The notes below the pieces were generated by a model. That model had not been told where the DNA came from and did no database searches. It was given only the letters and a program-made list of their open reading frames with translations. The translations under genes and the position numbers were made by a program. Source: Octopus sinensis (taxonomy: Eukaryota). From it: a stretch of DNA of 64,000 bases. Below are positions 11,661 through 25,338 of this stretch, piece after piece. The stretch spans positions 63,426,001-63,490,000 of the forward strand of contig NC_043009.1 in assembly GCF_006345805.1 (NCBI RefSeq). The letters run 5' to 3'. Every line of letters begins with the position of its first letter. Position 1 is the first letter of the stretch.

Positions 11661-12806
11661 ATTGTGGGTTCCGTAACATTTCTATTGTATTTCGGGGATT
11701 CACTTATTTTATATAATCTTTTCTGTTGTTGCCTTTTAGCTTTTTCTGCGTGTGCGATGGATTCCACCCGGATGTCTTCATTGCTTCATGATAAATCATC
11801 TTTTTATGAGTGGTTGATTGTTTCGTTTTTATATTTGGGGCTTTCCATAATATTTCTTCTATTTCAAGTATTGGACGCTTTTATTATTTTATATAATAAA
11901 TTACCGTACCTTTGGAAGTATATTCGCATAGGGGTGGGGCATAATGAGTAAGATTTACTGTATCCATTAGTATGACAGGAAAAATCCTTTTTCTTCATAC
12001 ACGCTCACTGCCTTAGAAAAACTATATCAACCACGCAAATGGCTATTTCTAAATGCATTAGAAGCACTATAACATGTTGAGAACACTATTTCAGGAAATG
12101 ATCTCCACTGACCAATCTTTGCTCTCAAAGATTATGCATATAAAAAAGTATAATGTAAAATATCTGAAATTACTCATTTTGCCCCACTTACTATTTTGAC
12201 CCCCCCCCCCATATATTTTCCCCACTTCTCTTCGCTTTTCTTTTCTTCTCCGCAAATGGCTTATCTCCTTTTTTAAAATGGCCGTATGTGTTCATTTGTC
12301 CAATACTCTCTTTCATAATTTTGTATTTTGAACATAACCAGTAGAAGTTCTGTTTCGTTCACTGCAAACGCTCGCTTATTCCTTATATCTCCTCACGCGC
12401 TACACTTCATTTACACAATGTAATTTTGTGCTAAATAATAACATTTTGCTCAGAGTTAACCTTTTCAGAGGAAATTGCTTCTGAACCAAGTGTTTTGTTA
12501 TTTCCGTATCGACCTCTCATATCACAATCTCCCGACGAAATTCCGAATCTTATCTCGGTCGGTAGCGCTTTCATTGCTGATTAATTTATGCATTAACAGA
12601 ACTGATCTGCTTTTTTTTTTTAAACTAAAGTTGGTCTACTTTAAGTTCGTTTCGTATTTATTTTCGTTCGTTCTAGATACATCCTTGTTTCTTTCTTGAC
12701 ATATGATGTTCATTATTTAAACAATATATTTTGTATGTAATAATTATTTGAAAATAAGCATAATTAAATCTCAGAATGAGATTGAAACAGTAATCGCTCG
12801 ATAATG

Positions 12807-13008
12807 TAAAGTATAGAAGCCATCTTATCATGGCTAACCACATTGGGGAGGGTGTGTTACTGTAGCTTTATAGCCTCAAGAGATCTTCCAAGGACACAGA
12901 TATTGTGTCTAAAGCCAACTAGAGACGAAGATCTCTTGGGGCTATGAAGCTACAGTAACACCCCCTCCCCAATGTGGTTAGCCATGATAAGATCGCTTCT
13001 ATACTTTA
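12807..13008. mobile_element. MITE-like foldback element, ~82-bp arms, 38-nt spacer
   Basis: TAAAGTATAGAAGC...CAAGAGATCTTC / GAAGATCTCTTG...GCTTCTATACTTTA. Confidence 0.8.
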
Positions 13009-13282
13009 AATTATTTGAAAATAATTAAACAGGTATTCGTCGTACTTTCTAAATTCCTTTTGTATCAATTTTCTCTAAATATTGTTATGTTTTTTGTTTT
13101 GTTGTTTTTTTTTTGCATCTAAATGCTCACAATTTCTCGTCTAAAGACAAGTTGACCATTACTGCAACACTAATCTTTGTGGTCGCTATTTCTATTGTTA
13201 TTATCACCACCACCACCACCACCACCATCATCATCATCATTATCTTCTTCATCATCTTCATCACCCCAAAATTGCAGGCCTA

Positions 13283-13475
13283 GTGCCTTTGGTAGAAAGG
13301 ATTATTATTATTATTATTATTATTTTATTATTATTATTATTATTATTATTCTATGTTTGACTTTTGCTTTTTTTTGTACAAGTTGGCTCCAAGTCTCACC
13401 CAGAGACCTCAAGAGACAACAGGGAAGTTCATGTTGGTGTTATGCCTAGGGTGCCATACATTTGGTTTTGCACAT
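13283..13475 (-). mobile_element. Second copy of the (TAA)n-tailed LINE 3' terminus
   Basis: Reverse complement of 2954-3131. Confidence 0.65.
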
Positions 13476-13539
13476 AGTGTTGTTCTAGAGAATGTTTAAG
13501 AAACCATAAGAAAATTGTTTGTTTTAAAACTTGAGATTA

Positions 13540-13703
<164 letters not shown>

Positions 13704-15039
13704 CTGGCAGAAGAGTTAGGAAGTCGAACGAGGTGTCTTACGATATATCTTCTGGTTTCTTAAGCTCTGACTGCAAATCTTGTCGAAGTCGAATTAACCT
13801 TTTATCCTTTCAGTATCGATGAAATAAAATATCAATCAAGTATCCGGGTCAGTAGTATCGATTAACCCTCTTCTCTCGAATGTTCTTTCCACGTGGCTGA
13901 ATTAGATGCAAATGTTGTTGCTGATGTTGTTGTTGTTGTTCTGCTGGTGTTGTTGTTGCTCTTGTTTTGAGAAATATATCAAGAGTTTCCTTTCTTGGAA
14001 CACTGATTAAATACATCTTGGAGAACATGCATAGAAGACCCCAAGATTTGTAACAATCTTCAATGAAAAAAATAGACAGACGCATTCAAGGTCAACAAGG
14101 AAATTCAAAGTTAAACAGAATGTTTATCGTTAGCAAATATGTCTACAAAAATGTTTAAGATTGATAAACGCTAGGGGTGGATTCCTTAATTTTTACAGAT
14201 CCCAGTACTGCTATTATCTGGAAGACGCATAAGTGTACTGTTATAGGTTATCTGTCAATGTTTGTATTTTTAATTGTGGCAATTAGAAATAATATGATTG
14301 GCACATTCCTTGAACACTATGTTTCTTTAGCTCAATGGCAAGGTCACAGTAATCTCGTAGCGTTTCAACTCGATTAAGCACAGCATTATAGTTATTTGAT
14401 ATTAATGTGTCAATAATTAATACGCTATTGTGATATTTGACATGGAGAATGATGTCATTCTTATTGTGTGTCAGCTGATAGTCGATCTGTGTGTTAAAAT
14501 CCCAGAGTATTTCCGTATTGTCATTTTGTAAGACAGGTGGTGATTAGCATAAGCTCTAGAAAGTACTTTTCTCTTGCGGCAGATGAAATTTGGAGACTAG
14601 AACAACTAGGTATATTTTTTGGACCTGTGTGGGGCATCCTGATATAATATGGTTTGTTGTCTCCGGAAACGTTCTACATAGGAACATTTATAAATTATAT
14701 TGTTGGAATTGTGGCTACTCTGTTCATCATATGTGATAGTAATGGCTTGCTGTTATATCGTGTAAGAGTGGGAGTTAAAGTAAACACACTAGAGAAAGAG
14801 GAGAAAGTCAAAAATTTGAGAGAGCTTAAGTGATACGAAGATGGAGGGAGAGAATGAGCAATATGGAAGGAAGTAAAGTTTGCGATGTCACTATGTTTTA
14901 GTTATCTCATTTCTTCAGTCTCCCTCTTTCCCTTCTCTCTCTTCTTTCTCTTCTCTCTCTCTCTCTCTAACCCACTCACTCACTTTCATCTCTCTGCGTT
15001 TGCTTAGAGTGTATCTTAGTATATAAAATAACGGCAAAG

Positions 15040-15140
15040 ATGGCGAGCTGGCAGAAACGTTAGCACGCCAGGCGAAATACTTGGCAGTATTTCGTCTGTC
15101 TTTACGTTCTGAGTTCAAATTCCGCCGAGGTCGGCTTTGC
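15040..15140 (+). mobile_element. SINE family A, 5' part only
   Basis: TGGCGAGCTGGCAGAAACGTTAGCACGCC...GAGTTCAAATTCCGCCGAGGTCGGCTTTGC. Confidence 0.88.
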
Positions 15141-15312
15141 TGTACCAAACTGGATTTTATGCATATTTCCTCTATCCATCTGTTCGGATCTTTAGGGATA
15201 GTTCCCAATGCACCTATAACTACTGGGAAACATTTTACCTGCACTTTCTATAACCTATTATTCAATGGCTAGGCCCTGGTACATTGCTATTTCTTCTATA
15301 CCTCTCGTATTG
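15140..15312 (-). mobile_element. R4/Dong-like LINE, REL endonuclease C-terminal fragment
   Basis: QVKCFPVVIGALGTIPKDPNRWIEEICIKSSLVQ matches the PVVIGALG motif; next to (ATT)n. Confidence 0.8.
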
Positions 15313-15387
<75 letters not shown>

Positions 15388-15388
15388 G

Positions 15389-15419
<31 letters not shown>

Positions 15420-15959
15420 ATTATAATTAGTAGTGGTAGTAGTAGTAGTAGTAGTAGTAGTAGTAATAGTAGTAGTAGTTGTATTTGCTCTTACTGTGGT
15501 CGTACGTGATTTCGCTTAGCCCACTGTATTTTTGGATTTTTACCAGGTGTAACTACGTAGAAAACATTATTTTTATGCAGACCACCTACACACGTAAGTG
15601 ATTAAGAGGATAAGAGATTCTTTTGCGTTTCTTTTCCCGTTTACCTGTGGGACGCATGAAGAGGAACTGCCCCACCCCACCCCACCCCAACATGCACACA
15701 CGACGGAGTCACTCAATTCGATGGTGATTGGAAAGTTAAACGGTCACCAATAAAATTTAATGTTAAACCTGGACGTTTACAATCCAGTTAATTTATTAAC
15801 TGGACACGAGATAGATGACCAATAGCATATACTCCAAAACGACAAACCTTTGGTAAATGGCACCTTCTGTGGTCTTTAAAGGTCAAAGAGATTATGCTTT
15901 AGGTGTTGTACCTTTAGGGTTCTGACACCGCTTCCAGAAAATATTCACTCGGTCTTTTG

Positions 15960-16560
15960 GAGTTACAAGGTTCCAGTTAGAAGAGTGGGCGTTTATTTGG
16001 AGTCAAATTGTGGCTCTGACCCCGGATTTCAAGAAATGAAAATGACTTCTAGCATTTTCGGTGCCACTCAACAGCTGAATATTTAGAGTGAATCCCTTCA
16101 GCCACTCTCACTTATCCACTCTCACCCAAGTTTCATCCAAGGTCGAACGGAATTACCTTCAGCGTCTCCAATTCCCGTAGTAATAGTTCCAGTGCTAAAA
16201 CATACAGAAAAAGCGAGAGGAGCCGGTTTTTTTTTTATCTCATTCGGTATTTCCCACTCCACTAATTCACTAATCCGATCTTTGATTTTTTTTTTCTTTT
16301 AAATCACAACGAAGCTGCATTTAGTTTATGCTACTCGGCGCCGCTTTATCTGGTACGTCTACGTTCATTGCACAGTTTATGAATGCTTGGTCTGTATAGA
16401 CAACTACTCGAAACTGGACAGCTTATCCTAAAGTCATCTAATAGAAACTCTAAATAACTTGGACAAGCCGCTGCGATTTACACAAGCCCACGTTCAGGAA
16501 ATCCAAACGATTTCTTTCACAGACGGCTGAGCAGGTTTGCGAAACTTTTGCATCTTCCCC
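15960..16560 (-). mobile_element. Degenerate Tx1/L1-like RT fragment
   Basis: LLSLFLYVLALELLLRELETLKVIP resembles RT motif PLSPLLYVLALEPLLRKL; many stops. Confidence 0.5.
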
Positions 16561-16570
16561 TTCTATCGAT

Positions 16571-17790
16571 TCGTCGTCGTCGTCGTCATCGTGTATCATG
16601 TACCTGATTAACCGTGAGTTCTCCAGCTATCTTGCCGCTTTTGTATAACCAGCTTGTGATATTATCCATCTAGAAAGGCGGCGAGCTGACAGAAACGTTT
16701 GCACGCCGGGCGAAATGCGTAGCCGTATTTCGTCTGCCGTTATGTTCCGAGCTCAAACTCCGCCGAGGTCAACTTTGCCTTTCATCCTTTCGGGGTCGAT
16801 TAAATAAGTACCAGTTACGCACTGGAGTCGATGTAATCGACTTAATCCGTTTGTCTGTCCTTGTTTGTCATCTCTGTGTTTAGCCCCTTGTGGGTAGTAA
16901 AGAAATAGATATTATCCATCTATTGCGTTTCTATGCCTACCTCTTCATCTATTATCCGCTTCTCTTTCTTCTATGATAATGTTTTCTAGACCTCTGCTTC
17001 TTCAAATATGGCCATAATAGATGAGCTTTTGTTTTTTCACGACGTTCAGGAGTTCTTTTTCACCTACCTGTTGTAACACCCATTCATTTGTCACATAATC
17101 CTTCTAGCGATTACCCTCCCAAAATCTCTGCGTGCATCTATGATGCAATTCACCCTGCCAGAAATTTCGAAGAAATCTTCTAGACATCAGAAGGACCTCG
17201 GCCTTTTAACCCCGTGGGGGAAACACGGCAGCCTCTTTCATTTAAATTCACTACCACTGCTACCTACTGCTTTTCAAACCCGGATAGTAGAGTGGTCGGT
17301 GGTCTTGAATCCTTGACTTACTATCTGGGTTTGGGAAAATCGTATTTATCTTTATTCGTTTCCGAAATAACACTAGCACGCCACTCAATATAAGCTGGCC
17401 GAGGGTCGGGGGGCATGAACCTCTAGTCGTTCCAGAAGAAGAGCGTGTAAAAGTCATAAATCTTGGTCTCACTGATGTATGACCTTGACTCAATGACTTG
17501 AGATCGTTCAGAAAGCGTCTCTGCGGCCACACCGATCCCAGATACATCTTACATTTAATTAGATATTAACCTGCATAGAGGTGGGAAAAGCCACCTACCT
17601 TGTTTTATCTACTGATAATCCGGAGCTTTAAGACTGTTTTATCTGGAAATGTCCGATATACCCTCAAGTATCTTTACTCTGAGATTCTTTCAAAAATTCC
17701 CCGCGTCTCTTGGGAACCTTTTAAGGAATTCTAAGTACACTCCTGCTATCGTCTGCATGAAAAGTTCTGGTTTTGTCTTCAAGCGGAATC
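16571..17790 (-). mobile_element. Degenerate RTE-clade LINE, 3' part with (GAC)n tail
   Basis: DYVTNEWVLQQVGEKELLNVVKKQKLIYYGHI*RSRGLENIII...RGRHR matches the RTE C-terminus; upstream SGLSVDKT and YLGS motifs; upstream extent uncertain. Confidence 0.7.
16673..16907 (+). mobile_element. SINE family A monomer inserted in the RTE remnant, 15-bp TSD
   Basis: GATATTATCCATCTA at 16658-16672 and 16908-16922. Confidence 0.95.
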
Positions 17791-17940
17791 TTATTTATTT
17801 TTGCACTTTGTGCTGTTGTGTCTGAGTGTTTTTGGATCAATTCCAGCAACAGTGAAATTGCGAAGAGTTAATCGTCGCTCCTCTGGATGCTATTGTTGCT
17901 ACGGCTGCTGCTGCTGGTGTTGTTGTTGTTGCTCTTGTTA

Positions 17941-17971
<31 letters not shown>

Positions 17972-18095
17972 AGTCATCGCTGTTGTGTCTTTTATTTGTG
18001 CATCTTCTACTTTCGCGATGGCGGCTGTTCTTCCGGCTTTTGTTGACGTTCTTATTCTTTTTTACTTGTTGCTGCTGTTGATATGACTGTGTTGA

Positions 18096-19060
18096 GGCGG
18101 CGAGCTGGTTGAAACGTTAGCACGCTGGGCGAAATGCTTTGCGGCATTTCGTCTGCCGTTACGTAAAGTACCAGTTACGCACTGGGTTCAATGTAATCGA
18201 CTTAATCCGTTTGTCTGTCCTTGTTTGTCCCCTCTGTGTTTAGCCCCTTGTGGGTAGTAAAGAAATAGCTTTCAAATTCCGCTGAGGTCGACTTTGCCTT
18301 TCATCCTTTCGGGGTCGATAAATTATGTACTAGTTGCGTACTGGAATCGATCTAATCGACTGGCCTCCTCCCTCACAATTTCGGGCCTTGTGCCTAGAGT
18401 AGAAAATATTATTATTATTATTATTATTATCTTAATGAAAGCTGCGAGCAGGCAGAATCGTTAGCCCGCCGGACGAAATGCTTAGCGGTATTTCGTCTGC
18501 TGCTACGTTCTGAGTTCAAATCCCGCCGAGGTCGACTTTGCCTTTCATCCTTTCGGGGTCGATAAATTATGTACTAGTTGCGTACTGGAATCGATCTAAT
18601 CGACTGGCCTCCTCCCTCACAATTTCGGGCCTTGTGCCTAGAGTAGAAAATATTATTATTATTATTATTATTATCTTAATGAAAGCTGCGAGCAGGCAGA
18701 ATCGTTAGCCCGCCGGACGAAATGCTTAGCGGTATTTCGTCTGCTGCTACGTTCTGAGTTCAAATCCCGCCGAGGTCGACTTTGCCTTTCATCCTTTCGG
18801 GGTCGATTAAATAAGTACCAGTTACGCACTGGGATCGATGTAATCGACTTAATCCGTTTGTCTGTCCTTGTTTGTCCTCTCTGTGTTTAGCCCCTTGTGG
18901 GTAGTAAAGAAATAAGTATTTCGTCTGGTTTTACGTTCTGAGTTCAAATTCCACCGAGATCGACCTCGCCTTACATCTTTAAACACAGGGGTCGATACAA
19001 TCGATTAGTCCCCTCCCCCAAAATTTGAAGCCTTGTGCCTATAGTAGAAAGTATTATTAT
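18096..19060 (+). mobile_element. Cluster of SINE family A copies (tail A and tail B variants)
   Basis: Repeated heads at ~18096, 18440, 18684 and partial bodies. Confidence 0.9.
18287..18774 (+). repeat. Exact 2 x 244-bp tandem duplication
   Basis: 18287-18530 and 18531-18774 read identical, including the (ATT)n length. Confidence 0.9.
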
Positions 19061-20084
19061 TACTAACGTTGTTGTGGTTATCGACTTGTTAGTTAATTAG
19101 TTTATTGTAATTCGTTCTTTTGTTTACTCTGGGACCTGGGGTAACTAAACTTGGGCCGTTTGGCTATAATTATTAGTTTCCCTACTCCTTCCCTTCACCT
19201 TTGTCGACCTCACTATTGCCAGCCATTACTCCGACTATCCTCCGCCTCCCACGCCATCTCTTCAGTTTAGAAATCGAATCGAAAGATACCAAGACTATTT
19301 CCTTGTTGTATGTCAAAGTTTGTTCAATAATATTTAATAAAAATACAATAAAAAAATAACAACAGTATAAAAACAATATTGCACTGCTCTTAATCTCAAG
19401 TGTTTGCTTCCGGTTTCTTGCTGTATAATGATGATCTGTAGGTTACTCTGGGAATGGAAGAATACGAGTGATTAACCTCTTCTATATGATTCCAGATCGA
19501 GATATTAGATCACTTTCAGATGCTCTTTGCCACGACTTCCGCCAGGCTATGATATCGATTCTTTATTTTGTTTGCGTGTTTTCCTTATTATTTTTCCTTA
19601 AACTAATATATTTTGATTTTACCATTATCTGTTCTTTTACTATTAACAAATCAATATTTATTGTGTTGACTTTCGGTAATTGCATCCATAAAGTTGAATT
19701 TCATGTCTCAAAGAATCCCTGGAGAATCATACACTGTTAGTGGTTTACTGCACCGATATAAACATGAGAAAGAAAAATTTTTTTCAAAAAGAGCTTATTG
19801 ATTCATTCTTAATTTGCGGTCTCATTCCGTTCTTAGTCCTTTATTAGAATGTATGTGTGTATGTGTATGTGTTTGTATGAATCTATGTATGTATCTATTT
19901 CGGTATACACACACACATATATAAATAGTCTTATGATCGTACATAAGACGGCATACACAGTAATAATAAAAAGAAAAGCATCAAAGACCCTTTCCGAGCC
20001 ATAGACTGAAGGCGTCGTTTTCCTGGATCCCGTGACGTGCATATTCCACCCACTCTCCGGACGGGACGCCGGTGTGTCGCGGGA

Positions 20085-20236
20085 TCACTCATTTTTGCCA
20101 GCTGAGTGGATTGAAGCAACATGAAACGAAGCCCTTTTGCTCTAAAAGAACAGCGTATCGCCTGGTCTAGGAATCGAAACCACAGTCTTAAGATCATGAG
20201 TCTAACGCCCCTAATTACTAAACCATACACCTCCAC
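20085..20236 (-). mobile_element. tRNA-derived SINE (family C-related) with CORE-like block
   Basis: CAGCTGAGTGGATTGAAGCAACATGAAA...GGAATCGAAACC B-box on the minus strand. Confidence 0.65.
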
Positions 20237-20509
20237 ACACGGTGGTAAAATTACGAACGAAATTGAACTCAAGACTTAAATAGAGTACATATTTAATGTG
20301 CGGGAATCCTAGATCCAGTTTACAGCATACTGTTGCTAAAAGTTTCATAGACTTATCCTCGGATATTGTTCTTGTCCTCTGATATTGTTTCATATTCTTA
20401 TACTTGGACAACCAACAGGAGACGTATACTTTCATAGCCACTCTATGACTGATGGAAATCTCTGTAAAAGAAAGAGATATAGCGGAACACAAGACGCTAC
20501 TGCATAGTG

Positions 20510-20597
20510 TCTTGCGCAATGTGTTTTCTGCTATAGCTTCGGGCCGCCCAAAGCTTTGTGAGCGAATTTGGTAGATGGAAACTGAAAGAAGACGCTC

Positions 20598-20600
<3 letters not shown>
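20510..20600 (+). mobile_element. SINE family B internal fragment
   Basis: CTATAGCTTCGGGCCG...GGTAGATGGAAACTGAAAGAAG then (TA)n. Confidence 0.8.
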
Positions 20601-20663
<63 letters not shown>

Positions 20664-20752
20664 TATAATAATAATAATAATAATATTAGGGAGTATATCC
20701 AAACTTACAGGGAAAAATTAGATTTAAGATTAAATCAAATTTCACAGTATAA

Positions 20753-20850
20753 ATATAAATTAAATTAGAGATAAAACCACTATTAGGCAACTCATATCTA
20801 TCACTGTTTGAGTTGCCTAATAGTGGTTTTTCTCCTAATTTAATTTATAT
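20753..20850. repeat. ~42-bp-arm inverted repeat
   Basis: ATATAAATTAAATTAG..AAAACCACTATTAGGCAACTCA / TGAGTTGCCTAATAGTGGTTTT..CTAATTTAATTTATAT. Confidence 0.85.
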
Positions 20851-20860
20851 ATATATATAT

Positions 20861-20893
<33 letters not shown>

Positions 20894-22789
20894 TGTGGTG
20901 TAGATATATATACACACAGCATGGCCGCAGTCTAATGACTGAGACAAATAGCAGATAAAAGGCAAGTAGTACTTATTAAATATTTTTCCACCTGGGTATT
21001 GAGTAATATTTCGGATGCATTATTGATGCATCCGTAACATTACGATCTCCCCCGCCCTTCAACTCCATAATGTAGCCATTGCTTTCCCATTCAACAACAA
21101 AAAAAATGTATTCTGAAAGCTTACAAAATCCGCGGATTTGAATATAAATGAGTACAAAATGTCTTCAAGATACTTCTATTTATTTAAGTGAAAATGTTCT
21201 CACCATTTGCCCTTGTTTCAGAAATACAGTTTCCCAGTTCAAATTCAGATCGGTGTCATGTACTCTGTAATCGTATTCCTACGCTAAGCTAATCTTCTGT
21301 GTCAGAAGGAAGGAAATATATAAAGAGCTCCAGTAAGCATGTTTTTCAGCTTGTTTTAGTAATCACGGCCAAGGCCATGCAACTATTTGTTATGAATCTT
21401 AGAAAAATTACAAAGTTATCTTGCGTTGAGATAAGTCTAGTCAGAAATACGAAACAATGTCTCTACGGACACTGCTGCACCATCTGTTATGAAGAAAATA
21501 TACATTACACAGGGGAGTGAATATACACACGCGTTATATAGAGATGTATCAAAACTAAAATATGTAAATTTGTTTCTATAAACACACAGTTGTATGCCAT
21601 CGCCGTTGTTTAGTCCCAAGTCGACCTAGATGGAGATCTATAATCAAAGCCGTTCCAGACATGACTTACTCTATTCGTAGACATAACGTATTTACAATTA
21701 CATTTTCCTGCGTGCTCTTCCTTGTGTTTTACGTTGAAATGATGTGATTTCAAGTTGTCCTTTCCGTTGTGTACTTCCCATCTATTTTATTTTTACAATG
21801 GTTTCAAGTTTCGGCACAAGGCCAGCAAATTTAGGGAGAGGGATGGTAGTCTATTTAAGCAAGCGAAGAGCTCGATTTGTACTTTATAATTGTCGGCTGG
21901 AAAAGATTGTAAAAATGAAGTCAGCTTCGATGGAATTCGTAGTAAGAACGTAAAGAGGTTATTAAAGGGAGGTCATTTTAAGACATTAATTTAACGAAGT
22001 TAATTCACATACTTAGCGATGGGAAAACCTTGTCCTTGTTTCCATGAACATCAACATGTTTCAGTCTATTAGACATCATCAGCATCGCGTTGTGTATCCA
22101 AGCTTTATTCAAAATAATTCGTTACGCTTTTTCTATATGCAAAAATATCTATAGCCGTGCCCCCTTGAAATATTTGGTAGCTTATTGTTCAAGTACAAGA
22201 CAAACAAAAGAAGAGGAAAAATGATATAGAAGAGGCCCTGTTTTCAATTTAGATAGAAACATCTCGTGTCTCAGTCAAGTATAATAATATATTGCTCTCT
22301 TAGTTACCAACATTATCATTAAATATATACACATATATATAAATTTTAGTTTAAATGTCGGCAACGTGAACAGAGAACCTTGATGACTGACGGGTTCAAA
22401 GAGTGAAAACATGAATTAATTCGGACTGATGAGGAACACGGCGGAGGTGAAACGGGTGGCGGGGCAGGGTGTGAATTAGGGTGGAGAGTGGTGATGGGGG
22501 TTGGTGGGAGGTTGGGGGAGGGGGAACGATCAGAAATAACGGTTTGGAAAGAAACAGAAGCCGGGGTGTGATAGCAAACTAACATAAATAACAGAAAGCG
22601 TTGAAACAATGAAGACCGAGGATAATGGAAAGAATTAGGTGTAATTGTGGTGATGGTGGTGGTGGGAGGATGCGAGTGAGGAGGGGTGGAGGGTACGGGG
22701 CGGAGGGGACAGGGTGGAGGGGTTGAGGAAGAGGAGAAAGGTATGAATCGGGAACGAGAACACACCCCACACACACGCAAGTATACAAA

Positions 22790-22856
22790 CACAAACACAT
22801 ACATATATAACACATACATACATATATATGTATGTGTATGTATGTACGTATATGCG

Positions 22857-22897
<41 letters not shown>

Positions 22898-23290
22898 TCA
22901 CTCTCTCACACACACACACATATACTCATGTTTTGAGTTCTGTTTTTCCTGTTTGCATCAACAAACTTATACACGCACACACACGTGTATGTATATATAT
23001 ATATATACATATACATTTATATATATACATATATATACACACATACACGTGTATATATATACATATATATACACACATACACGTGTGTACATATATATAT
23101 ATACACATACATATATACGCACATATGTATATATGTGTATGCGTGTCTCATATATACATATATATATACCAAATACAAACGTGTGTTTACATACACACGC
23201 ATATACACAAATACACACACACGCGCGCGTGCGTACACTTACAAATATGTGCTTACAACCACAAATACACCTAGATACACATATACACGT
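22790..23290. repeat. Degenerate (TA)/(CA) microsatellite field
   Basis: Direct reading. Confidence 0.9.
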
Positions 23291-23584
23291 AAAAGGAAAA
23301 GAACGGGTAATTTTAGAAAGAGAGCGCTATTGAAAATTGACAGTTGAAGCATCTGAGTATCTCGTGATGTCTCTTACACAAGGGGAATAATAATTACTGC
23401 TGCCCCACAGCCTCAGGCTTGGACAAACGCCGCCATTTTAACGCCGTCCCTCAAAACGGCATTCATTTTTTCAGACATAGTTTTTAGCTTTTTGACTACT
23501 AAGACGAAACAAGACAAAGAAAATTCGTTGTATATATAATGCGATGGTGCGTTATAAATATATATATATGTGTGTGTGTGTGTA

Positions 23585-23649
<65 letters not shown>

Positions 23650-23788
23650 TAAATATATATACACTAGAATGGGAGAAAGCGCTAATACATGATCTAAGTT
23701 ATATGATGTATAAAAAATGTAATATATAAATAAATATCTGTAAATATAAACCATCCGATTTTCTGAGTACCTCATTTCTTCTAATATA

Positions 23789-23866
<78 letters not shown>

Positions 23867-23884
23867 GTATATGTATATGTATAT

Positions 23885-23950
<66 letters not shown>

Positions 23951-24377
23951 ATGTGGTATTGCGGTGGCGTAGCTGGTGGTGACGGCTGTGCTTGTGGTGA
24001 TGGTTGTAGTAGAGGTGAGTGGTGGTTGCAGTAGTGTTGGTGATGGCTGTAGTAGTGTTGGTGTTATGGAATGGTATTCTCCCCCTACCCCTCCTCCTCC
24101 TCCTCCTTCGCCTCAACATTTACAACAATCCGAGAATTCCAAGTGCTCTTTTTTCAAACACCACTACCTCCTCCTCGCCTTCCAACCAGTAACTCAAGTA
24201 CGAGCCTCAGACTATAATGTTCAAAGGAAATTCTGTTTGTTGTTGTTCTTGCTGCTATTGTTGCTGTTGTTGTTGTTGTTGTTGTTGTTTGTTTTTCTGT
24301 TGTTGTAACTGATATTCTTGTTGTTCTTCCTATTACTTTTTTGTTTTACTATTTCTGATGTTTTGGCTAATCGTCTC

Positions 24378-24428
24378 CTAGTAGTAGTAGTAGTGGTGGT
24401 GGTGGTGGTGGTGGTGGTGGTGGCGGTG

Positions 24429-24481
<53 letters not shown>

Positions 24482-24523
24482 GGTGGTAGTGGTGGTGGTG
24501 GTGGTGGTGGTGGTGGTGGTGTG

Positions 24524-24561
<38 letters not shown>

Positions 24562-24568
24562 GGTGGTG

Positions 24569-24604
<36 letters not shown>

Positions 24605-24676
24605 GTAATAGTAGTAATAGTAGCAGTAATAGTAGTAGTAGTAGTAATAGTAGTAGTTGTAGTAGTAGTAGTAGTA
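24378..24676. repeat. (GTA)n/(GTG)n compound
   Basis: Direct reading. Confidence 0.97.
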
Positions 24677-24769
24677 TTTGCTGTTGTCGTCGTTTTTGCT
24701 GTCATTGTTTTGCTTTTCTTCATCCAACACGAATCAAGATAAAGTTTTTAACATTTTACACCAACAAGG

Positions 24770-25075
24770 CCTACAAAAGCCTCGTCGGTGGATTTGACGG
24801 GTGGAAGCCCGTCGTATATATACGCATACATCTACACACATGCACGCACATCTCTGTGTGTATGTGTGTCTTTGAGTTTGTGTCTGTTCACCACCTCTTG
24901 ACAACGGGTGTTGGTTTGTTGATGTCTCTATAACTTAGTAGTTCGACAAAAAAGGCACGATAGAATTAGTACCTGTCTATCAAAATAACAACTGGAATCG
25001 GTTGTTCGACAAAATCCTTTGAAGTCAGCGCTTCCGGTTGGCTGCAATCCAGTAACTGAAACAAGTCAAGAATAC
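24770..25075 (+). mobile_element. SINE family B, degenerate
   Basis: GGAAGCCCGTCGTATA...TTGACAAC.GGTGTTGGTTTG...GATAGAATTAGTAC. Confidence 0.7.
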
Positions 25076-25092
25076 AAGAAAAATTACTGATA

Positions 25093-25300
25093 GGCGCAGG
25101 AGTGGCTGTGTGGTAAGTAGCTTGCTTACCAACCACATGGTTCCGAGTTCATTCCCACTGTGTGGCACCGTGGGCAAGTGTCTTCTACAATAGCCTCGAG
25201 CCGACCAAAATCTTGTGAGTGGATTTGGTAGATGGAAACTGAAAGAAACCCGTCGTATATATGTATATATATATATATATAATATATATATATATAATAT

Positions 25301-25338
<38 letters not shown>

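Noticed and set aside
14200-14233. SQYCYYLEDA* as the ApeC C-terminal YCYY exon
   Set aside because: Only 10 codons; the intervening ApeC segments could not be found
19390-19560. Possible exon with SGF...NDD / GYSGNGRI motifs
   Set aside because: Needs several frameshifts; resemblance too loose
21222-21332. Exon-like segment with good acceptor and GTAAGC donor
   Set aside because: All three frames contain stops
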